A DNA stretch of 64,000 nt from Promethearchaeia archaeon (GTDB lineage Archaea > Asgardarchaeota > Lokiarchaeia > Sigyniarchaeales > SOKP01): NCBI GenBank assembly GCA_029856145.1, contig JAHQWK010000001.1:192001-256000 (forward strand), read 5' to 3'. The notes below the pieces were generated by a model. That model saw only the letters and a list, made by a program, of their open reading frames with translations, made no database searches and was not told where the DNA came from. The position numbers were made by a program, and so were the translations under genes. How positions within the stretch are numbered: position 1 is the first letter of the stretch; every line of letters starts with the position of its first letter. Below are positions 30,945 through 41,085 of this stretch, one piece after another.

Positions 30945-31640
30945 CTACTTTTTTTCCTCTAATGCTTTTTTTGGAAATAATCGCTCTCTCAATTTAACCG
31001 TGCTAGTATCCATATCATAGTCTACTAATCCTACTTTAGCTAATTCTTGTACTGAATGCAATACAAAAGCACCACCTATCCCTAGCGTTGTTTTTAATTC
31101 ATCTCTAGTCATTACTTCTTTATCTCCATGGAGAGTAATAAGTATCCTGTAATGGGCTTGTCCAGCCCATATCTCCGAAACTAATACAGTATATATTGAA
31201 AGTAAAGCACGAACTCTCTCAAAATTATATTCTGCTTCTTCTGCTTCCTCAGCAACCTTCATAAATTTAGATAATTCAACCTTAACTTTTTGGTATTCAT
31301 CTAACAATTTCATTTGTTCTTCTGTTAAAGAACCTATTTTTTGATCTCTCTCTTGCTTCTCTAATTCAAGCTTTTTTGTTGCGTCTTCTAATTTTTTTTT
31401 ATCTCTCTCTAAATTTTGTTTCTCGCTTTCTAATTTAGTTTTTTCTTCTTCTAATAGATTTTTTTCCTTTTCAAGCGTCTCTTTAACTTTACTTAATGCT
31501 TCTTTATCACTTTCAAGTTTTAATAATGCGGTTCTTGAAGTCTCTAGTACGTCAATAAATTCCTTAAAACTTGATTCGGCAGCTTGAATAGTCTCATCGA
31601 GAACATTTAAGGTTTTTTCATCATCTGACATTGGAATCAC
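30945..31640 (-). CDS. Long coiled-coil protein with C-terminal winged helix
   Basis: LExEKxx heptads, then RILITLHG...MTRDELK...VQELAKVGLVDYD. Confidence 0.8.
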   Translation of the reverse strand: MIPMSDDEKTLNVLDETIQAAESSFKEFIDVLETSRTALLKLESDKEALSKVKETLEKEKNLLEEEKTKLESEKQNLERDKKKLEDATKKLELEKQERDQKIGSLTEEQMKLLDEYQKVKVELSKFMKVAEEAEEAEYNFERVRALLSIYTVLVSEIWAGQAHYRILITLHGDKEVMTRDELKTTLGIGGAFVLHSVQELAKVGLVDYDMDTSTVKLRERLFPKKALEEKK

Positions 31641-31698
31641 AATTTATTTTATTCAATTATTTTTATTATATTTATTCTATAAAAAGATTTATCAAATT

Positions 31699-32922
31699 AT
31701 GGTAGAAAAAGATAGTTCCAATCGTAGTATGAAACTTATTTTGGGGGTTTCGGTTCCCGTCTTTATAATGGGACTTGTATCTTTTTTTACTGATGTCTCA
31801 AGTGAAATGATTCAGAGCATACTCCCGTTTTTTATTTTAGAAATAGGTGGAACTGGATTAATTTTGGGGTTAATTACGGGATTAACAGTAGCAATATCAA
31901 ATATATTAAAAGGAGTATCTGGTTGGATGAGTGATAAGATAAATAAAAGAAAACCTTTTGTTGTAGCGGGCTATACCATCTCAAATCTTTCTAAACCATT
32001 CATTGGTTTTAGCCCTTCATGGGAATTTGTTCTTGGATTAAAAGCAACTGATCGATTTGGTAAAGGACTTAGAACATCTTCTCGAGATACACTTATATCT
32101 TATTACGCTATTGAAAAAGGAAAAGCTTTTGGAATGCATCGCGCAATGGATACATTAGGTGCTGTTGTTGGTTCCCTTCTAGCATTTCTTTTGTTAATTA
32201 TGACATGGAGTTTTTCTGAAATTATATTTTTCTCAATTTTTCCAGGTATATGTGCTATCGTATTAATTATATTTATCAAAGATGTAGATCCAACAAAATT
32301 AGATGAATCAAAGCTAAAATATTATGGGGAATCTAGAGAGGATAAAATTGATAGAAAGTTTATTAGACTTATTATAATTCTTGGTGTGATTGAATTTGCT
32401 AGCTTAGATATTGCATTTCTTCAAATAAGATCTGAAGCCTATATAACTCCTGGATTACTTTTTCTAATTCCTGTCTTTTACTTGTTAACAAATATCGTTT
32501 ATATGATTTTTTCCCCTATTACTGGTTCCTTATCAGATAAGGTTGGGCGTAAACCGGTAATTTTAAGTGGTCTATCAATACTCTTGTTTTCTTGCATATT
32601 TTTAGCAATACCAATAGAATCTTCAATTTTTTCCCTTATTATAATCATAATAATATATGCTCTATTTGGTTTCTACTTAGCGTCTGTTGATCCTATCTCA
32701 AGAGCATATATTGCAGATTTAGCGGGTAAAAATAAGAGAGGTCGAGCATATGGTTATTATTACCTCTCTGTAGGGTTAATTTCATTAGGTGAATCATTAA
32801 TTTTTGGCTTAATTTATGATCTATTCTCGTTTTTTTGGGCTTTTATCTATATTTCAGTTCTATTATTTATTTGCATAATCGTATTTTCTATTACTGATTT
32901 TTCAAAGATTATGCGAAAATGA
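31699..32922 (+). CDS. MFS transporter
   Basis: SFFTDVSSEMI, GWMSDKINKRKP, DRFGKGLR, GSLSDKVGRK. Confidence 0.93.
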   Translation: MVEKDSSNRSMKLILGVSVPVFIMGLVSFFTDVSSEMIQSILPFFILEIGGTGLILGLITGLTVAISNILKGVSGWMSDKINKRKPFVVAGYTISNLSKPFIGFSPSWEFVLGLKATDRFGKGLRTSSRDTLISYYAIEKGKAFGMHRAMDTLGAVVGSLLAFLLLIMTWSFSEIIFFSIFPGICAIVLIIFIKDVDPTKLDESKLKYYGESREDKIDRKFIRLIIILGVIEFASLDIAFLQIRSEAYITPGLLFLIPVFYLLTNIVYMIFSPITGSLSDKVGRKPVILSGLSILLFSCIFLAIPIESSIFSLIIIIIIYALFGFYLASVDPISRAYIADLAGKNKRGRAYGYYYLSVGLISLGESLIFGLIYDLFSFFWAFIYISVLLFICIIVFSITDFSKIMRK

Positions 32923-32976
32923 AATTCCTTTAGAAATTCCGAATAATTTCAATTAATAACTAAACAGTTAAATAAA

Positions 32977-33795
32977 TTGAATTATTGGTTGTGTAGGGTG
33001 GTAAATAATATGGGAGAAAATTATTGTCTTACTTCTAAAGATTTAGTTGAGACTGCCATGAAAGTAGCTAATAAAAATATGGACGATTTTAAAGTTGATC
33101 CTTATGTTATGATTGTCTTTTCTGGAAGTTTACTAGAATATTTGAAAGAAAAAGCTAATTTAGTGCAGTCAGATTGGTTGGCACCATTTCATCCTTACGG
33201 TGGCACAAGAATACATCGAGGAAAATATGATAACCTCCCTATTACAGTTATGATGCCTCAGATGGGCGCATCACCCATGGCTTCAGTTGCTGAGGATTTA
33301 ATCTTTTGTGGGGCAAAAGTAATTCTTCTCGTTTGTGGTTCATGGGGAATAAGTGATAAAGTAAAGCTTTTAGATTTCATTATCCCTACACATGCTTTAG
33401 GACCAGACGGCACTTCTATACATTACGGAAGAAAATTTAATGAAGAAATTGAATTAAATAAAGAGATCCTAAATATATTTATCGAGGAAACAAAAAAAAG
33501 AACTACAAAATACCACATAGGGAAAAACTACTCTAAAGAAGCATTTTATCGAATCAATAAACAAGAGATCTTTGAGTTACAGAAAAAAGGTTGTATTTCA
33601 ATGGAAAACGGAGAAGTTAATGTTTTGTCAACAATATGTAAATTAAATAACATAAAATTTGGAGTTATTTTTTATAGTTATTATAATCCTCTAGAGGATT
33701 GGAATGTTTCTTGGTTGGAAGAAGATTATAAAGATTGTGTAAACCTAGAAGGAGAAATTGCCTTAGCTACGATGTTAAAATTAAATAAAAAGTAA
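32977..33795 (+). CDS. Nucleoside phosphorylase (PNP/UDP family)
   Basis: MGASP, VCGSWGI, ALGPDGTS-HY, EAFYR, SMENGE; likely start ATG 33010. Confidence 0.75.
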   Translation: MNYWLCRVVNNMGENYCLTSKDLVETAMKVANKNMDDFKVDPYVMIVFSGSLLEYLKEKANLVQSDWLAPFHPYGGTRIHRGKYDNLPITVMMPQMGASPMASVAEDLIFCGAKVILLVCGSWGISDKVKLLDFIIPTHALGPDGTSIHYGRKFNEEIELNKEILNIFIEETKKRTTKYHIGKNYSKEAFYRINKQEIFELQKKGCISMENGEVNVLSTICKLNNIKFGVIFYSYYNPLEDWNVSWLEEDYKDCVNLEGEIALATMLKLNKK

Positions 33796-33811
33796 TTAAT
33801 TAATATTGTAA

Positions 33812-35071
33812 TTAATTTTGTGTCCATAAGTGAGCTAGATATATCAGAACTTCCGTTGATTTTTGTAAAGCTAAAGTTGGGATGTACTCTTTTCTAGAGT
33901 GAAATAATAAACCTCCAGCAAAAATATTTGGTGTTGGAATTCCTTTAGCACTTAAACGGGCTCCATCTGTACCTCCCCTTATAGGATTAATTTTAACTTC
34001 TAATCCTGCTTTTTCAATTGCTTGTTTAGCTAAGTCAACAACTTGCGGTTTTTTATCTATATATGTAAACATGTTTTGATATTGATGTTTAAAATCGATT
34101 TCAATCTTTAAGCCAGGATAACGAATCTCATATGCTTTCTTTAGGTTTTTTAAATAATCCATCCGCCTTTTGTTATTTTCTTCTATAAAATCTCTAATTA
34201 ACATTCTGGAAGTAGCTTCCTCTGCTTTACCTTGTAATTTAGTTAAATGAAAAAAACCTTCCCTTTCCTCCGTATGTTCAGGTGATTCAGATTCGGGAAG
34301 CTCACTAAAAAACCTATTGGCAATCTGTATTGCGTTGATCATTTTATTTTTTGCATTTCCAGGATGAACGTTTAAACCTATAAATTTAGTTTGAGCTAAC
34401 CATGCATCAAAACATTCAAATTCCAATTCACCCATTTCACCACCATCAACAGTATAACATATTTTTGGAAGCTTTTTCATATTAACCTTATCAATTCCTA
34501 AACCAGTTTCTTCATCTGTAGTAAAACAAATGACTATTGGACCATGTTTTAATTCATCAAATTTTTTCCAAGCTGCACATGCAGCCATAATTTCAGCAAC
34601 ACCAGCTTTATCGTCAGCTCCTAACAAGGTATCCCCTTCAGATGTGATTATATCAAGACCTATATATTCTTCTAAATTCGGAGAATCATCAAAGGTTAAA
34701 ACTAGGTCCTTATTTTGAGTGAATTTTATCTCTTTTCCATCATAGTTACTATAAATTACGGGCTTTACATCTTTTCCACTAACAGAAGGTGAAGTATCCA
34801 CGTGTGCTAAAAAACCAATAGGTTTTACCTTTTCAAAACCTTTACTTGGCGGTAGAAAAGCATAAACAAATCCATATTCATCATGAATAATATCTTCAAG
34901 GTTTAATTTTTTTAATTCCTCCACTAACAACTTTCCAAGATCTAATTGAATTTTTGTTGAGGGAACAGTCTCTATCATCTCATCTGAAGTAGTCCAAACC
35001 TTCACATATCTTAAAAACCGTTCTAACGCTTCATTTAGCAAAAATTCCTGTATCTCTTTTGTGAGTTCCAT
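33812..35071 (-). CDS. pepT: Peptidase T (M20B)
   Basis: AHVDTS, LLGADDKAG, DEETG, YTVDGG, HPGNAK, PIRGGTDG, FHSRKE. Confidence 0.96.
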   Translation of the reverse strand: MELTKEIQEFLLNEALERFLRYVKVWTTSDEMIETVPSTKIQLDLGKLLVEELKKLNLEDIIHDEYGFVYAFLPPSKGFEKVKPIGFLAHVDTSPSVSGKDVKPVIYSNYDGKEIKFTQNKDLVLTFDDSPNLEEYIGLDIITSEGDTLLGADDKAGVAEIMAACAAWKKFDELKHGPIVICFTTDEETGLGIDKVNMKKLPKICYTVDGGEMGELEFECFDAWLAQTKFIGLNVHPGNAKNKMINAIQIANRFFSELPESESPEHTEEREGFFHLTKLQGKAEEATSRMLIRDFIEENNKRRMDYLKNLKKAYEIRYPGLKIEIDFKHQYQNMFTYIDKKPQVVDLAKQAIEKAGLEVKINPIRGGTDGARLSAKGIPTPNIFAGGLLFHSRKEYIPTLALQKSTEVLIYLAHLWTQN

Positions 35072-35130
35072 ATCACTAAAAATTAATCTTAAATTTTAAA
35101 GTTGAATGATATTTCAAAAAATATGAAATT

Positions 35131-35928
35131 TCATCGCCCTTTGAATCTTGGTTCTCTTTTTTTCATAAAGGATTTCATTCCTTCACCAAAATCATAAGTT
35201 CTTATATTTTTACAATATAATTTAAATTCATTTTGTAATGATGGAAATAATTCATTAAATTGTGAAAAGTTCAACATAGCTTTATTATATCCAAGGCATT
35301 TTGTTGGTAGATTTACTATCTTTTTTATAAATTCTAATGATTTTTGTTTGAACACTTCATTGGGGTATACTTGATTAACTAATCCAATCTCTAAAGCTTC
35401 TTTTGCATCAAGATGCCGTCCAGTTAATATTATATCTGTTGCCCGTCCAAAGCCAACAATCCTAGGAAGAAACCAGGTTGCTCCACTTAATACACCATGA
35501 GCTCTTGTAGTACGATGATCTCCAATCTTTAAATTCTCTGCGGCTAATCTAAAATCACAAGCAAGAGCAATGTCAAATCCAGCTCCTAAGCAATAACCAT
35601 GTAATAACGCTATAACTGGTTTTTCTATTTCTCGAATTAAACAAACTACTTTATGATGGGGTATTCGTGAACCATCTTCTAAGGCTGAGAATTTAACACC
35701 TTCTGGGCCCATACTTTTCATATCATCACCAGAACAAAAACTTTTACCACTTCCTTCTATAACAATTACTCGAATTGATTTATCTTTCTTAACATATTCC
35801 AATACTTCCATAATTTCCAGTAATAAGGGATATTGTAAAGCATTCAATTTTTCTGGGCGATTAAGTGTGATGCTACAAATTCCATCTTCAATATTACATA
35901 AAATGAACTTATAATTCTTATCTAAAAT
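35131..35928 (-). CDS. Enoyl-CoA hydratase/isomerase; true start probably non-canonical (ATT 35928 or ATC 35931)
   Basis: FCSGDD, GYCLGAG, ACDFR; frame extends upstream of TTG 35847 through ICSITLNRPEKLNAL with no in-frame ATG/GTG/TTG before TAA 35949-35947. Confidence 0.85.
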   Translation of the reverse strand: MLDKNYKFILCNIEDGICSITLNRPEKLNALQYPLLLEIMEVLEYVKKDKSIRVIVIEGSGKSFCSGDDMKSMGPEGVKFSALEDGSRIPHHKVVCLIREIEKPVIALLHGYCLGAGFDIALACDFRLAAENLKIGDHRTTRAHGVLSGATWFLPRIVGFGRATDIILTGRHLDAKEALEIGLVNQVYPNEVFKQKSLEFIKKIVNLPTKCLGYNKAMLNFSQFNELFPSLQNEFKLYCKNIRTYDFGEGMKSFMKKREPRFKGR

Positions 35929-36078
35929 GATACTTCTCTCCTTATTTTAATTATCTGAATAAGTAATGGATTGATTAATTTAATATTAACCTATGAAGTA
36001 TTAATTAAAAGTATATAAACAAGATTAGAAAAATAATTATCATCTCAGAATTAAAAGAAAGGAAAAAAATAAATTTTA

Positions 36079-36747
36079 TTACCAAATTTCGAATTTTTCA
36101 TCAATTTTGGCACCATAGACAATTAAATAAGGAATAACTAAATCAAATACACTTTGCCAGGCATTTATTAAAGGGAATCCAATCATTATTGCTGTGAGTC
36201 CTGTAATTTCGGGATGACCTAAAAATTCTAAGCTTACATAAGCAATAAATGGAGCATAAACGGTTAAAGCGAGAACTATATTTAAAAGTAAAGTAACTAA
36301 TACTCTAAGTCCAGTTCCTAATGTTCCATGTATTATGTATTTTTTTGGTACTTTAATCACTTGGCTTTTTCTTATTCCTTCCTCTTTCTTATATAATTTT
36401 AAAAATATTATTGGAACAATAATCAATGATATAGTTGCAGCAAACTTCATCAAGGGCCCCCAAGGTGCATTCGCAAGATCAGCGAACATTAGAGTAACTG
36501 TACCGATAATGGAACAAAGCAAACCAGACCTAACTCCAAATATTAAAAAACAAGTAATCCAAATAAATGAAACAGGATCTAAAATAGCAATTGGCATTCC
36601 TGGAACTCTTGGTAAATAAGGCGCAGTGAAAACACTTAATATTGTGGAAAGCGCCCCAAAAATAGCAGCTCCAGCAATTTCCAATGTATATAATGTTTTC
36701 CCTGATAATTTCGATTCTTTTTCTTTTACAACATCTGTTTCAGACAT
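36079..36747 (-). CDS. ECF transporter S component-like membrane protein
   Basis: IAGAAIFGALS, LDPVS...FLIFGVRSG, GPLMKF. Confidence 0.75.
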   Translation of the reverse strand: MSETDVVKEKESKLSGKTLYTLEIAGAAIFGALSTILSVFTAPYLPRVPGMPIAILDPVSFIWITCFLIFGVRSGLLCSIIGTVTLMFADLANAPWGPLMKFAATISLIIVPIIFLKLYKKEEGIRKSQVIKVPKKYIIHGTLGTGLRVLVTLLLNIVLALTVYAPFIAYVSLEFLGHPEITGLTAIMIGFPLINAWQSVFDLVIPYLIVYGAKIDEKFEIW

Positions 36748-36998
36748 TTTTACATTTTAAGATTGTTATTTAATTACTATTCTTGAGGTAAAATGTGTTT
36801 AAGTATTTAAATTGTTTAAGGTAAAATGTAATTTATAATTAAAACTTAAATAAGAGATTGTAAACAGAATTCTATAAGAGAAATTAAAAATTGATTTATG
36901 TCTTCGAACATCTAATTAATTAAAATATAATTTTTAAAGTATTTTAATTTATATCTTACTATCTTTAATTATTGATCTACTCATTTTTGGAGATTAAA

Positions 36999-38354
36999 TC
37001 ATTTTAATAATTTTTTTTCTTTTGCATCCAAATCTAGCCAATCAGTTACATTTTTGAGTTGTTTTCTTGAAGTACCACATAAAATCTTCAAAAACGGAAG
37101 AAAATCTTGAATGAAATCAATCTGAGAAATTTCATACCTTCTTTTGATTTTATCTACAAAATCTCTCTCTACACTCATCAAAGAAAAATAAGTTCCAGAC
37201 CTGTATCGCGGAAATACAACTCTTTGAAATCCCTTTGATATTGGGGTTTCTTTTCTAGAGAGAGCAACTCCTCCGGCAAAAAGGTCGAAAAAATAAGGCA
37301 GTAAACCCCAATATTGAGTAGTACGAATTCTACCGAAAATTTCATCTGCTAATGAAAGGTTCTCAAAAGCGTTGGTAAGTTCTCTATTAGATTTTATAAA
37401 CGTAAGGAGATTTTCATTTATCCATTTGTATAAGAAATTGTAATCAACATCTGACTTATTAGTCAGATTTCGAGCTTCTCTTAAAGAAGTTACTTTAAAT
37501 AAATCTCTAATTAATGTAAAAATTTCTTCTAAATTATCACGACGTAAACTCAGAATTAGTTCTTTAATATCCCCTTCTATCTTGCCTTGACCAATTCCTT
37601 GAATATCATTAATTACCCCTCTCAAATCACCATTGTTTTTATCTATTATTAATTCTAAATACTCATTTTTAAGAGTAGTAATATTTTCCTTCTTTAGAAT
37701 ATTTTTTGCAATCTTAATTACTTCTTTTTTTGGTAAAGCATGTACCTCATACCTTTTAATCTTATTATAGAGCGTTTGTAGATTCGTTTTATATTCATTA
37801 GAACACATTATAATGGGAAACTGTGTATTTTGGATTAAATCTATCACAGTAGGAATGGCGCCCCTATCTTGAACTCCATAAATCCCATCAATTTCATCAA
37901 TTAGTATTAATTTCTCTTTAGATTCGGTAATAAAATCCATAATCCCACGAGATTTAGTAGTTTCTTTCAATCGTCTTTCTAATGTACTCCTTGTTCGTGT
38001 ATCAGATGCGTTAGTTTCTATTACTTCCATATTAAAATCATTAGCAAGCGCATAGACTATAGAAGTTTTTCCAATTCCGGGTGGACCTTCTAATAAAACA
38101 GCAGCTTTTTCAGTAGCTATTCGTTTCTCTTCTTTTTGATCCTTTTCAATAGCGGTTCTATTAAATTCTCGAATCCGTTTATTCTCTTTATTAACTCTCT
38201 TCCTTTCTTCAAAGAATTGGTTTAAAAAATTCGTTAATTCTTCATCTAATTTGACTCGCTGTCTGCCAAGCCTAGCAGTGGGTAAAGCCATTTCTTTGAT
38301 GCTTTTTGGACGATATTTTTCAACCCATGGAATATCCGGATTTCTTTTTGACAT
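36999..38354 (-). CDS. rfcL: Replication factor C large subunit
   Basis: PWVEKYRP, GPPGIGKT, ETNASD, IDEIDG, GDLRGVIND, WINEN, ADEIFGR. Confidence 0.93.
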   Translation of the reverse strand: MSKRNPDIPWVEKYRPKSIKEMALPTARLGRQRVKLDEELTNFLNQFFEERKRVNKENKRIREFNRTAIEKDQKEEKRIATEKAAVLLEGPPGIGKTSIVYALANDFNMEVIETNASDTRTRSTLERRLKETTKSRGIMDFITESKEKLILIDEIDGIYGVQDRGAIPTVIDLIQNTQFPIIMCSNEYKTNLQTLYNKIKRYEVHALPKKEVIKIAKNILKKENITTLKNEYLELIIDKNNGDLRGVINDIQGIGQGKIEGDIKELILSLRRDNLEEIFTLIRDLFKVTSLREARNLTNKSDVDYNFLYKWINENLLTFIKSNRELTNAFENLSLADEIFGRIRTTQYWGLLPYFFDLFAGGVALSRKETPISKGFQRVVFPRYRSGTYFSLMSVERDFVDKIKRRYEISQIDFIQDFLPFLKILCGTSRKQLKNVTDWLDLDAKEKKLLK

Positions 38355-38367
38355 TTGCTTTACTTAC

Positions 38368-39414
38368 TCACATATATTCTGAAAATAGACAAATTTTTGA
38401 TAACAGAGCAGAAACTTGAATATCATTATCCCTACCATCAAGAGATCTGAAATCAGAGTCTGCAATTAAATTAATCAAATTAATACGGGTAAATTTACTT
38501 AGGGGTAATTTATTTATTTCAATAAGTAAGAGATTGTACAATTCATGAGCACTATATTTATAGTTAGAAAGAATATTTCGTGTTAGTTCTCGAGTTTTTG
38601 GAAAATCTCCTTTAAAAGCTACCATTAAAAGACTTCTTATTAGGTCATTATGAAATTTTTGAGAATTTTCATACAGACTTTCAGTGGTAATGGTATTACT
38701 AGAAATGCTACTCAATTGCAAAACATCTATGGCTCTCGAGATTTTACCATCCGAAATCCGATATAGAATTTCAATACAATCATCTGATATTTTTAAAGAT
38801 TCTTTTTTAGCGATATTAAGAATTAAATCTTTAAACTCATCTAACTTAACTCGAGAAATTAAAATAATTTGACATCTACTAATAATAGGATTAATTATAC
38901 TTGAAATTTTAGTGGTTATTAAAATCATCCTACAATTTGTACCGTAAATTTCCATCAATCTTCTAAAGCCTTGTTGATTTGAGCCTAAGACTTCAAAATT
39001 GTTTACTACAAGAATTTTAAATGGAGCATCTCCTAAGACTTTCAACTGAACAAATGGTTTTACTCTTACTTGAATAAAAGCAGGTGTAGTTATTCTTTTT
39101 CCAGCAATACTTCCTATTTTATTTGTAGATACATATGCATCTGCTCTTGCTTGTTTTCTTTCTTCGTCACTTAAAGGAACGTTAGCATAAACCAATTTAA
39201 AATTTGCATCATAATTTTTATCAAGAAATTCCTTTGAAAACAATTGGGTAATCATAGTTTTTCCGATCCCCCTTGAACCTACAAATAATAAATGTGGAAA
39301 ATTTTTTTGTTGAATTATATGTTTTAAGGTTTCTTTAACCTTTTTTCTTCCACAAACTTGGTCCAAATTCTTTGGATGATACTTAATTCGCCATATGGGA
39401 ATTTCATCACTCAA
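38368..39414 (-). CDS. Divergent RFC small subunit (degenerate Walker B)
   Basis: WRIKYHP, PHLLFVGSRGIGKT, Walker B is VVNNFE, QQGFRRLME, PIISRC retained. Confidence 0.88.
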   Translation of the reverse strand: MSDEIPIWRIKYHPKNLDQVCGRKKVKETLKHIIQQKNFPHLLFVGSRGIGKTMITQLFSKEFLDKNYDANFKLVYANVPLSDEERKQARADAYVSTNKIGSIAGKRITTPAFIQVRVKPFVQLKVLGDAPFKILVVNNFEVLGSNQQGFRRLMEIYGTNCRMILITTKISSIINPIISRCQIILISRVKLDEFKDLILNIAKKESLKISDDCIEILYRISDGKISRAIDVLQLSSISSNTITTESLYENSQKFHNDLIRSLLMVAFKGDFPKTRELTRNILSNYKYSAHELYNLLLIEINKLPLSKFTRINLINLIADSDFRSLDGRDNDIQVSALLSKICLFSEYM

Positions 39415-39445
39415 ATCAAATACCTTATCTTTATTATATTTAAGA

Positions 39446-40411
39446 TTAAATATTCTCTATAATCATTGCTAATAATGCGGAAATCTGTATTTGTTCATCT
39501 GCTCCCTTGCTTATCCTATAATCTATTTCTCCAATAAAAGCTCTTAAATTAACAATATTTTCAGAGGTTAAATTTAATGATGGAAAAATTTCCGAAATTT
39601 GTCTAATGAAATTACGACTATCAAGAATTTCAATAGACTCTATTATCTCTCCCGATTTTATAATATCTTTGCTTTCTAGAGCCGTAATTAACTTTTCTAA
39701 AGTTTCCTCATCTAAAAATCCTGAAATTTTTAAAATTTCATTTATATCTAAATTCTCCAGGAGATCAAGAGCAACCGCCATCTGAAGAGTATTAATAGCT
39801 TTTCTTAAATCTCCTCCTGATATAAAAAATATTTGATTATAAAATTCCTCTGATCTATCAGAAGGTATTTTCAATTTCTCTTTATCAGCGATATACTTTA
39901 ATCTCTCGATTATCATTTCTTTTGGTAAACTTACAAACCTGAATACAGCACATCGAGATATTATTGGATCTATTATTCTATTTATGTAATTACACAAAAG
40001 TATGAATTTTATGTTATTTGATGTTTTTTCTATAATTCTTCTTAGAGCTTGCTGAACTTGCCCCGGAATATTGTCAGCCTCATCTAATATTACAAATTTT
40101 AAAGAGCCATCTTTTATTAAACTTTGATTAACAAAATTCTTAAGAACATTTCTTACAAAATCTATTCTTACTGTATCAGAGGCATTTAATTCTAAAAGGT
40201 TTGTGTCTAACTGTTCATCTTTAAGAAATTTCCTTGCTATAATTAATGCAGTACTGGTTTTTCCAGTTCCTGCAGGCCCAGTAAAGATTAAATGAGGAAT
40301 ATTAGTACTCTTTACGAATTTTTTAAGATTGTTAATAGCGATACTTTGACTTACAATATCAGAAAATGTCCTTGGGCGATACCTCTCGACCCACGGGATT
40401 TCTAAACTCAT
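39446..40411 (-). CDS. rfcS: Replication factor C small subunit
   Basis: PWVERYRP, GPAGTGKT, ELNASD, LDEAD, QQALRR, PIISRC, GDLRKAINTLQ. Confidence 0.96.
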   Translation of the reverse strand: MSLEIPWVERYRPRTFSDIVSQSIAINNLKKFVKSTNIPHLIFTGPAGTGKTSTALIIARKFLKDEQLDTNLLELNASDTVRIDFVRNVLKNFVNQSLIKDGSLKFVILDEADNIPGQVQQALRRIIEKTSNNIKFILLCNYINRIIDPIISRCAVFRFVSLPKEMIIERLKYIADKEKLKIPSDRSEEFYNQIFFISGGDLRKAINTLQMAVALDLLENLDINEILKISGFLDEETLEKLITALESKDIIKSGEIIESIEILDSRNFIRQISEIFPSLNLTSENIVNLRAFIGEIDYRISKGADEQIQISALLAMIIENI

Positions 40412-40420
40412 CTTCTCAAA

Positions 40421-40903
40421 TTATTCTTTATTTCCTTTACTTTCTTTCGTTAAGTCTAATTCTAAAACCTCATAAACCTTTTTGAAATTCATTTTTTCAT
40501 AGAGCTTAGAAGCTTCTACTGCTTTTTCCTTAATATTTACTCTAATTTTCTCAACTTTTATCTTTCTCAAATGCACTAAAGCTTTTTCTAATAAAAGACT
40601 CCCTGCTCCTTTCTTTCTATACTGTTCTTTCAGAAAAAATTGCTTGATATATCCCTCAGATGAGCCAAATGGGTCAATTCGCAGCTCTGCAATAATCATT
40701 CCTATAATTTCATCAGAATCTTCATCAATAGCTATTAATATTCCATGACGTTGAAGAGGATCATAAAGACGACGTCTAATTCCCCAATCAAATCGTTTTG
40801 GATCAAAATCTTGTCCCAAACTTTCAACTAATTGTTGTGTTAATTCTCTTAAATCATCAATGTTTTCGGGATTAGCAACTAGTACTTTAATATTTGAACT
40901 CAT
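40421..40903 (-). CDS. GNAT acetyltransferase
   Basis: FFLKEQYRKKGAGSLL motif A; ASKLYEKMNF. Confidence 0.88.
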   Translation of the reverse strand: MSSNIKVLVANPENIDDLRELTQQLVESLGQDFDPKRFDWGIRRRLYDPLQRHGILIAIDEDSDEIIGMIIAELRIDPFGSSEGYIKQFFLKEQYRKKGAGSLLLEKALVHLRKIKVEKIRVNIKEKAVEASKLYEKMNFKKVYEVLELDLTKESKGNKE

Positions 40904-41085
40904 GTTAAACCATCGTAAATGTCATATACTTTTTTATTAAAATAATTATTGCTATTTTACCATTTAAATTTTCTTGACTTAAAATTGATAAAATAACAAA
41001 TGAGATGTTAATTAATACAGCCTTTAATTAAAACAATGGCTTTTTAAAAAAATTAAAATAAAATATTCTTTTACAAATAAAAATG

